From an uncultured Bacteroidales bacterium (GTDB taxonomy: Bacteria; Bacteroidota; Bacteroidia; Bacteroidales; Paludibacteraceae), in contig CADCBB010000002.1 in assembly GCA_902799555.1 (NCBI GenBank), positions 45,552-109,551 on the forward strand: a stretch of DNA of 64,000 nt, written 5' to 3'. The translations under genes and the position numbers were made by a program. The notes beneath the pieces were generated by a model. That model was not told the DNA's origin and made no database searches. It saw only the letters and a program-made list of their open reading frames with translations. Shown in pieces: positions 59,001 through 64,000 of the stretch; within the stretch, counting starts at the first letter, position 1; each line of letters begins with the position of its first letter.

Positions 59001-62000
59001 GCACTGAAACGGCTGTCAGGGATAATCGTGATCGTCGTATCCGTCTTCCAATCACCGGTAAGCAGGTCCGCAAGATCATTCTCATCCTCACGACCGCAGT
59101 AGGTGAGCTTATTATTGATTAACATCGAGTAGATGCGGAAAGCCTTGTATCTCGTCTGGATGGAAGCACTCGTATTACTGTTATAGCCAAACTCCAGATA
59201 GGGCTTATTCGGATAAGCGCCATTGTTCGTAAGATTATACTCGTGGAGCAGATAGGTCCAAGAGAAGACCGTAGCATCGTCTTTTGTTGCAGTCACGGTC
59301 AGTTTCGGCTTTCCGGCTACCTCCGTGAGTTTCAGCCATGTATTAGTACCATACTTGAGTTTAACCTGCTCCTCGAAGTTCGAGTTCTCGTTCGTATAGA
59401 CATTCACATAATCATACGTCCATGCGGTCGGATCACTATCATCGAGGCGCGGTACATCTGCTGCTACAACGAGGTATTTGCCGATACCGTATTCGGTTTT
59501 CAGCGTTAATTGTTGAAGGGCTAGATTCACGTATTCATATTTCCACGGCGTGATATACTTGGTATCACTATTTCTTGCATCCGCCGAACCTTTCTCCAGT
59601 TGGGTCGCACCATCCTCTTTCTTGTAGAGCGTACCGCCTTTTTCCTCAAATTGGCGGAAGATGATTCCGGTATCACACGCCATAATGAAATAGCGTTTGT
59701 CGTTTAGGATACCAGACCATACCAACTCTGATTCCGCTAAGTCAATCTGCATCAAAGGTACTCTTCCTTCTATCGGATATACTACTTCGTCAATCGTAAC
59801 TTCACCATTGATGACGAGGGTATCGTGATTTAAGCCGGATGTATTATCCGCTGTCGTCTTGATGGTCACATAATCGTCACGCGTCTCTCCCTTCACCACG
59901 CTGAAATAAGCGGACGGACTACCGCTTGTGAACGAACAACCTCCCTCCGTTAACTGCAACGAAGAGGTGTAATCATTGAAACTTAATATCTCCTCTGCCA
60001 TCACTTTGCCATTCTCGTCCAATAGTTGGCGTGAACGCACTTTAGCGAGAGTAAAGTTCACCGTTTTTTTCGCATCAGCCAACGGGCTGAAGGTATAGGT
60101 TGGATAAACGGGGGTGAGCACCCATTTCTCCTGAATTGCACCGTGGTGAAAGGTATGGGTAAGGATAAGAATATCGCGATAGCGCGAGCCATCCGGGTTC
60201 ACATGCAGCCCCGGCGCACCTTCCTTCCAACGGCCGTAATACTCCTTGATATGACTATTCGCCATGGGGCGAAGCGTGATACGAAGTGTATCTACGATAT
60301 CAATGTAATTGCCTTGATATAATACATCTATCGGACTATTGACGCCCGAGGTGATCAAACGACCAAACTCGTCACCCACCTCGCTCATGTGAGGTTTATC
60401 CTCCTCGGCTACTATATCTAAGGACTCCACGCGCGAGTCGCGGATATAACTAAAGGTTTGCGCGATACGATAATCCTGGGAGAGCCACAGATCCGTCGCC
60501 GTCGTTTTCGTCTTCGCCTCATTCGGGTGGAAATAAACGATCTTATCGCCTATAGTCATCTGCAACATGAGTTGTTTACCTATCAGCTTAGACCATACCT
60601 CCTGTTCACTCTGCTCGCCGTGGTGATAATCGAAAACAATCTCATCAATCCACGGATTTTCTTTATCCGCGGTATCCGGCAGAATGACATAATGGGCATC
60701 TTTCACGCCCACACCGGAGAGCATAAAATCCGTTCCTTTGGCTTCCAAAGCCACACCATTAAAGGAGCGGTCGGAGGTGTTATACTGGATATAGGGTTCA
60801 TCGTGATTAGAGCGTTCTGCCTTTTCTATCGAAGCTACGTCACCGTCAAATCCTCTCAGATAGTGGGTCGAATAGAGCTTGGTACTATCTATACAGGGAT
60901 GCATCGGTTCAGGCCATCCTTCGGAGGATTTGAACAAACCCGCCCAAGTTGTATTTGCCAATATGGTATTCGGAGTTTGATAATACAAACCCGGATATTC
61001 CTCATTTTCCGGAGAGAAGTGCTCGTAGAAGATGACCGAATCGATAGCGCCTTTCACCGTCTCACGACGAGGATCAAAGACATAATCGTTCTCCACACAT
61101 TGCGTACACCCTTCGCCCAGACCTATCAATCGATAGGTAGTCAGATAGTGGGGGTCCACATTCTCTGCGTTCGCCATACCTTGCCAAGTGTTCGTCCAAT
61201 CCTCGATATAGCGGGCACGGGCAAAACGCGGAGCTGCCGTACCCGGGTGGGTCAAGAAATAGCGTTTTCCATCCGTGGGGTGAAGGAAAGAGATAGCGAT
61301 TTCGATACCGCCTTTGTACTCCGCGATGGCATATAGAGTTTGATTATGTACGGTGTTGAGGTTGATTGAGTCGCCGGGGTGATAAGTCGTGCCCTTACCA
61401 TCCGCCGCTGTATTCCACTCCTTAAAATCATATCCCTGAAGCAGACGAGGCGCTTGTACTTCCACTTTCGTTTTTCCATGAAAGGGATAACCGGTAGCGA
61501 TGGTATCGCCGAAGTGACCATTATTGTCATACTTAACCGAACGGGTTTGATCTGCCGGCACGAACTCCAGACCGCCGTTAGGAGTGCTCTTATTGGTATA
61601 AACGCGCGCCCAACCGTAACAGCCTACGATAGATGCTCGTCCGTCCGTCACGTGAATACTCGTACCCGGCACCATCTCACTCCATCCCTTAATATCAAAG
61701 CCCTCGTCGGTCGGACTATATTCCGAACCCGAATAGAGCGTCGCCTTGATGGAGAGGGCTACGTGCTCTGCCGTGATTAGCCACATCTCGTTACAGATCC
61801 AGGAGGTATCTCCCGACTCCGGGTGCATCTCAACGTTTCGTCCCGTATTGGTTCGCAGGAACACTCCCGCCGGACGGAAATAGACATCGAGGTTATCTTT
61901 GCTCGTCTGGGTTGTATCAATGATCATGCGACCATAAGCACCCCGCGGAGCAGAAAGACCGTCCATGTATTGAAGCGGCAGTTCCCCTAACTTCGTAAAC

Positions 62001-63172
62001 ATCGAATTGAAGTCATCCCCAGCCGATATGCTGCAATATTTATCTTTGTAGCCCACATAGTAATACACGCTATCGAGATCCGGTACATTCATCCAATCGG
62101 TCTGATAGTATTTCGTGTCGCCCTGACGCGACATGCAAATCTGATGATCGATGGTGTAGATCTTCTTCTTTGTTGCCGTACTATCACTGGCGTACTGTGG
62201 CCAGTTCTGTGTGGTTCGGTATTTCTTATAATCCTGCTCGTTAAAAGCGAAGTAGTACGAGTCCGGACAGGAGGACTCGTACGGATCATCGAGCATATAG
62301 AGACGGAAGAGCGTACGCTGCGTCGGTTTGTGCTTGGGATCTGCAAAAGCATATAAGGCCTGACCGGAACTGGCGGTTTCTTTCTTATCGCCGTCAACAG
62401 CATAATTTACAGACTTTGTAGTCGTATTGAATCCCACCAATGAGGCATTGGTATAGGAATAGGGCGGGTTGCTTTTAGGAATATCCAGCCAATAGACCTC
62501 ACGATAGGGCAAGCCCAAGAAGCCATGCCCTTTTGCGCCGTTAATACGACCATCATCATCTTGATCCGGTTTTATTCCTGCTGCTTTTAAGGTCTTATTC
62601 GGGTCAAAAGACGTAACCGACGCATCCTTGGTCGGAAAAACAAAAACCACATCTGCTATACTACCATCATCTCTCAAACTGTTCGGACCGCGCTTCACTA
62701 ACGCTCCTAGCGTCTTAAAAGTACTAGATATCTGGATAGTCGAAGGGTCTTGACCTTGGATGCCGGAAGGACTCCACATGGTATAAGCAATACCACCTAA
62801 CTGTCTCGTCAAAGTACGAGTCGTGGCAGTATCAATTGTCCAGATAGATGCTGCTGACGGCTCCGTCGCGCCGGCATCTTGCGGAATCAACCTAAGATAA
62901 TTTGAGTTTTTATACTTAAAACGACCACCACTATAACCCTTGTAGTGACAGACGAAATACTCCACGTCGGGCGTGGCAGGATTGTTGTCATCATCAATCA
63001 TCGTGGACAGCAAAATACGGTCACTCTGTTTGAGGTTGACCACGAGACCACCATCGGTAGGCGTAAAACCGACACCGTACGTTCCTATAGAGACAAATAG
63101 TATAGAAATCAACAGCAGAATTCGTACCCTACAAAGACAAACATTCTTTAAATTTAAACAGACAATATTCAT
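53096..63172 (-). CDS. Giant secreted protein, 3358 aa, function unknown
   Basis: A single uninterrupted 10,077-nt ORF with an N-terminal hydrophobic signal (RILLLISILFVSIGTYG) and its own promoter block at 63205-63235. Only a few short module-like stretches are recognisable. Confidence 0.85.
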   Translation of the reverse strand: MNIVCLNLKNVCLCRVRILLLISILFVSIGTYGVGFTPTDGGLVVNLKQSDRILLSTMIDDDNNPATPDVEYFVCHYKGYSGGRFKYKNSNYLRLIPQDAGATEPSAASIWTIDTATTRTLTRQLGGIAYTMWSPSGIQGQDPSTIQISSTFKTLGALVKRGPNSLRDDGSIADVVFVFPTKDASVTSFDPNKTLKAAGIKPDQDDDGRINGAKGHGFLGLPYREVYWLDIPKSNPPYSYTNASLVGFNTTTKSVNYAVDGDKKETASSGQALYAFADPKHKPTQRTLFRLYMLDDPYESSCPDSYYFAFNEQDYKKYRTTQNWPQYASDSTATKKKIYTIDHQICMSRQGDTKYYQTDWMNVPDLDSVYYYVGYKDKYCSISAGDDFNSMFTKLGELPLQYMDGLSAPRGAYGRMIIDTTQTSKDNLDVYFRPAGVFLRTNTGRNVEMHPESGDTSWICNEMWLITAEHVALSIKATLYSGSEYSPTDEGFDIKGWSEMVPGTSIHVTDGRASIVGCYGWARVYTNKSTPNGGLEFVPADQTRSVKYDNNGHFGDTIATGYPFHGKTKVEVQAPRLLQGYDFKEWNTAADGKGTTYHPGDSINLNTVHNQTLYAIAEYKGGIEIAISFLHPTDGKRYFLTHPGTAAPRFARARYIEDWTNTWQGMANAENVDPHYLTTYRLIGLGEGCTQCVENDYVFDPRRETVKGAIDSVIFYEHFSPENEEYPGLYYQTPNTILANTTWAGLFKSSEGWPEPMHPCIDSTKLYSTHYLRGFDGDVASIEKAERSNHDEPYIQYNTSDRSFNGVALEAKGTDFMLSGVGVKDAHYVILPDTADKENPWIDEIVFDYHHGEQSEQEVWSKLIGKQLMLQMTIGDKIVYFHPNEAKTKTTATDLWLSQDYRIAQTFSYIRDSRVESLDIVAEEDKPHMSEVGDEFGRLITSGVNSPIDVLYQGNYIDIVDTLRITLRPMANSHIKEYYGRWKEGAPGLHVNPDGSRYRDILILTHTFHHGAIQEKWVLTPVYPTYTFSPLADAKKTVNFTLAKVRSRQLLDENGKVMAEEILSFNDYTSSLQLTEGGCSFTSGSPSAYFSVVKGETRDDYVTIKTTADNTSGLNHDTLVINGEVTIDEVVYPIEGRVPLMQIDLAESELVWSGILNDKRYFIMACDTGIIFRQFEEKGGTLYKKEDGATQLEKGSADARNSDTKYITPWKYEYVNLALQQLTLKTEYGIGKYLVVAADVPRLDDSDPTAWTYDYVNVYTNENSNFEEQVKLKYGTNTWLKLTEVAGKPKLTVTATKDDATVFSWTYLLHEYNLTNNGAYPNKPYLEFGYNSNTSASIQTRYKAFRIYSMLINNKLTYCGREDENDLADLLTGDWKTDTTITIIPDSRFSAGASGLSRTTDSELTTTVTPAGSSPLGAYTTNIVDTLDVQISLKDKAPEYRFKGDWSSFKSIEDAHLKIPLIRKTYHTAPYDSLLCYVDDDAYNYTFPPVIIEDENDTIEFVLHTYHRKGTNTLDVENHVVSYTGTGDNHTKDMDFTNPNLSEIRLIDEYGNTPGWCEIIRKGKNTITVQCKENGVRAPRAANIYIAYTLNVDGKMRFVNFQLRVSQRSRYSYDGNQTLTHTGGASGDTLKNGVQQVHENKRILYYYNASGGEQSEDQRVELPVRERNFYGWWRWYREGKDEKENDVSDMDLPDSLWVTGFSPTNTGKWNYAFHTIGGKVLNPRKGEDGQPDSIYVTQGRYTVFHNKSIDYGARNDPPAKNPSVYPPIDKKVVTYAVDISNYYDNLPLSMKNINNVDTAVLDTLGTITEPTLSLREVFELHPWTEMADTMQHYKYHKDAEYAGQKYMEDHVVRAPIGNRLLLKTEQRYNYDNLRDQQHSESLLGYYMKDDNWYTGGWDDARKDSMIWCGGWDADCIWYIYNKKEDTYTRIDSKPTKDDDFLIVNAKTNITSASGVDTVIYCLRAKSVYTAQSGEPGDEDKPVVGDSVYNICRYTIIYHRKEKFGPQIETNGKAIITNEEIDEHFDVLERLNFDYNKPGKEYQLYPHPLQWSDASYGFTYPLNLNIIHNRLHAQEDFPNMGEYGLVNRIPYSEYWHKMEQHGGAENGYMIYCDGMASAGQVAALSLESHLCEGQKLYFSGYVGNCSNQTASNKARPNFLFSVQGSKDGSKWTDVTSYMTGDLEPSNKWYQIYFPIEMDKDYTNYRVRVFNMASNNDGNDFIIDDMRIFATKPPLMVYQANTTCKADNEADSLTHVVLRLDYQGFTEDAYIEGKISNEFYTIMDVSKTNDTTFLKLEDQYYNEDTIKAVPPHTKDTLYGKIPLPDRYYHPLHADSIFPNLQELVNKFERTLDAHVEDPSVVVFREGYIYEHLDDSIRPVLYIIHSAKMSGDHTYTVHMSNSKYTLMSSKCAMTRSLKVRNRIILTLNGEEKPDKEVTEMCNNTTYDVSLHVKGTLLLDSVAPIEVTGTCYNDWLLYGDTTKATSATTYGYAYEDIVKVIRDILRVDNEYGTNANQFAQSFADVSRTEMKKVQLDRNVTITGDVHPYTILSHLVNKGYLTLYKSSLSIITPVDSTVKYTIFPIPGTGSEVMKDMNIEVCPTPIQISLGSSIGGGLPLIIGGLKRPESELGTPITVLADETHANSELAIPIDSLMLDEYGNRKVALKQIDFLSTNDPEYLEGIHTLGLVTDRTWSTTGENPSYYTNGNDTLIVEPSPSTNYRMRPGYSYTFGIEMMTSSGASGWAGEDGCPVGVVPFTVSVVPDYLRWEPHDENDNRWNNPDNWIGINPDNTLIHETANFAPLSTTHVLIPPMTDGKPYPVIPEIIPFEDSIQMVGFQYNKCKSIRFLAGAALSQQQRLEYDSVIADLSAPNQKWALRTAPIEGLLSGDLYMANADLRNETPLWEVGSFDASGRNYNTGNATFWLSLYSREVKKIGYTREKDSTFTSAADWSKVTNAMKLPLKPAQGWAVYSRTKSGNPADVRLPKNDDVYYYFTTSGNVVWSRYESGLRAERAKSAGSADKVGKMAFYPGKAATSEDYTLTNETASTSFIFGNPTMGYIDILGFLADNSEKVKGEFRYIDADGIWQPKTKPAVVEEDVITSLSRYLPPMHAIELKLKDSEKATTSLMVTLNTNRIVTDASQREAVPDPAPAPRRLAMTNDQRPIAKGIMTVTAVNPASPRCTSRLLLGQGFNEAVLSGEDAVLTTVNIDNFSMTNAPATPFNIYALEGNSGLSIDLRDEIVNVPISFYNSELPFEPNSYLWFTGVNNIDGDLVLYDALLDIERPILDGICLEIETPETSHMMRYYIRRPGYVPTQDDENPVTTGFTPLREDDAAAVKFIRNGQVFILRDGHVYSIYGQQIR
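56483..57040 (-). other. Jelly-roll / carbohydrate-binding-like module inside giant ORF (aa ~2045-2230)
   Basis: HGGAENGYMIYCDG...KLYFSGYVGN...NFLFSVQG...WYQIYF...YRVRVFNMASNNDGNDFIIDDMRIF. The terminal GNDFxIDD strand is typical of beta-sandwich binding modules in large Bacteroidota surface proteins (recollection). Confidence 0.45.
58373..58570 (-). other. BACON-like module inside giant ORF (aa ~1535-1600)
   Basis: PGWCEIIRKGKNTITVQCKENGVRAPRAANIYIAY resembles the W...tv.v..N....R.a.i pattern of BACON domains. Weak call made by eye. Confidence 0.35.
61316..61537 (-). other. Listeria-Bacteroides repeat-like module inside giant ORF (aa 546-619)
   Basis: VKYDNNGHFGD...GYDFKEWNTAADGKGTTYHPGDSINLNTVHNQTLYAIAEY fits the GYxFxGW...tLYAxW pattern. 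Confidence 0.55.
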
Positions 63173-63204
63173 ATCATTTTGATTGTTTATGCGTTAAAAG
63201 TGTG

Positions 63205-63235
63205 CAAAGGTACACAAAAATGCCCACTCACGCAA
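63205..63235 (-). promoter_or_regulatory. Promoter for the giant ORF
   Basis: TTGCGTGAGTGGGCATTTTTGTGTACCTTTG on the minus strand. Overlaps the terminator hairpin of the upstream AraC gene. Confidence 0.55.
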
Positions 63236-63243
63236 GTGCGGGC
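63216..63243 (-). terminator. Imperfect hairpin terminator of the AraC-family gene
   Basis: Minus strand GCCCGCACT-tgcgtg-AGTGGGC (2-nt bulge) followed by ATTTTTG. Confidence 0.45.
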
Positions 63244-63290
63244 GGGCGTTTTTGTACTAAAGTTAAGAAAAATGGGTAATTTTTTACGAA

Positions 63291-64000
63291 TCATCTATTA
63301 TTCGCACACCATTCACTCGGCGTCTCGCCGGTTTCGCGGGCGAAGATACGGGAGAAGACGACCGGGGAAGAGAAGCCGCATTGCTCAGCGATATCCTGCA
63401 TCTTGAGATCCGGCTTTTCTTTCATCAATCGCTTCGCTTCTTCGATGCGGTAATTGGTAACATATTGATAAAAAGTGCAGTCGTATTCAGCATGGATGAG
63501 TTGACTCAAGTAGGTTCGGTTCAGCGGCAGAATCTGACGCAGATCATTCAAACGGAACTCCGGATTAAGATACGGCTTCTCCGTCTTCATCCACTGCTCT
63601 AACTTCTCGCGGTACTCCGAATTGGGCTCTATTTCCGTCACTTCTTCTTCTTCTTCTTCTTCTGCATTTTCTATCCATGGTTTGGCATGGAAGATGATCT
63701 GGTCATTGGTATAGATGATGACGAAGAACATCAACCATTGTTGGGTGAAAAGACGCGTGGGTTCGTCCGAGAAACAAAGATAGGTGTACGATATGCCTAA
63801 TACCAGCGTCATCTGCAGATAGCGAATCACCCATTTCTCATCCGTTTGCTCCACCGAGCCGTAGTTCTCCTCGGCGTGCCGACGGTAGTAATGCAGGTGC
63901 CTGAACAACAGCGCCACCCATACCACCGGAACAAGCGCCAAGAGCCACCTTAGGTCCCAAGGAACAAACCAGTCTATCAATCCGATAATCACTACCGGCA
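63291..64000 (-). CDS. Membrane-embedded AraC-family regulator, partial (N-terminus beyond window end)
   Basis: Frame open to the window end. The C-terminal half is highly similar to the 19059-20219 product (EQWMKTEKPYLNPEFRL, NRTYLSQLI, YRIEEAK, DIAEQCGFSSP). Glu7 linker. Confidence 0.75.
   Translation of the reverse strand, partial: PVVIIGLIDWFVPWDLRWLLALVPVVWVALLFRHLHYYRRHAEENYGSVEQTDEKWVIRYLQMTLVLGISYTYLCFSDEPTRLFTQQWLMFFVIIYTNDQIIFHAKPWIENAEEEEEEEVTEIEPNSEYREKLEQWMKTEKPYLNPEFRLNDLRQILPLNRTYLSQLIHAEYDCTFYQYVTNYRIEEAKRLMKEKPDLKMQDIAEQCGFSSPVVFSRIFARETGETPSEWCANNR
63642..63662 (-). repeat. (GAA)7 trinucleotide repeat encoding Glu7 in the AraC-family linker
   Basis: Seven consecutive TTC on the plus strand. 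Confidence 0.9.

Noticed and set aside
53096-63172. Giant ORF as an RHS/polymorphic toxin, a PUL component or a standard T9SS type A/B cargo
   Set aside because: No YD/RHS repeat pattern, no C-terminal toxin plus immunity pair, and no SusC/SusD genes nearby. The C-terminus does not resemble the canonical T9SS CTD consensus by eye. The last point still needs an HMM check.
1-64000. CRISPR arrays, IS elements, prophage, conjugative genes, rRNA, riboswitch-like leaders
   Set aside because: No spaced direct repeats of 25-40 nt, no transposase/integrase/capsid-like ORFs, and no rRNA-like sequence were seen on either strand. Leaders are short, apart from those of secDF, tRNA-Pro and the acid phosphatase, and none of these shows a riboswitch fold I can recognise by eye.

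Overview
The window reads as a chromosomal segment of a Bacteroidales (phylum Bacteroidota) bacterium. Support: about 19 promoters fit the -33 TTG / -7 TAnnTTTG type, no Shine-Dalgarno sequences are visible, secDF is fused, and the short glycogen synthase / DUF4270 / panC neighbourhood, floA-nfeD and an animal-type glutaminyl cyclase are present. Genus cannot be assigned by eye. Bases 1-49.6 kb are densely packed housekeeping genes: hflX end, GH3, hpt, phosphohexomutase, nhaP2, aroB, polyprenyl synthase, sufC plus a short sufD-like gene, prs, pckA, secDF, clpX, panC, mrp, MATE, proS, topA, floA, recJ, tdk and priA. There are two tRNAs, Pro-CGG and Met-CAU. Bases 49.7-64 kb look more accessory: a small lipoprotein, a Fic protein with a degenerate active-site motif, a class A acid phosphatase, a 164-aa tail-anchored secreted protein, one uninterrupted 10.1-kb ORF (3358 aa) and a membrane-embedded AraC-type regulator whose paralog lies at 19 kb. 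I saw no CRISPR array, transposase, integrase, phage genes or rRNA. The strongest novelty candidate is the giant ORF with its two flanking genes. Also unusual: short heptamer/octamer tandem micro-arrays at many gene junctions, often containing the start codon; a promoter block with invariant 31-nt geometry and a conserved spacer; a tRNA-Pro / proS unit; and priA without a canonical start codon. CDS ends follow the supplied ORF track. Hand-placed RNA, promoter, repeat and hairpin coordinates were anchored to that track but may be off by 1-2 nt.
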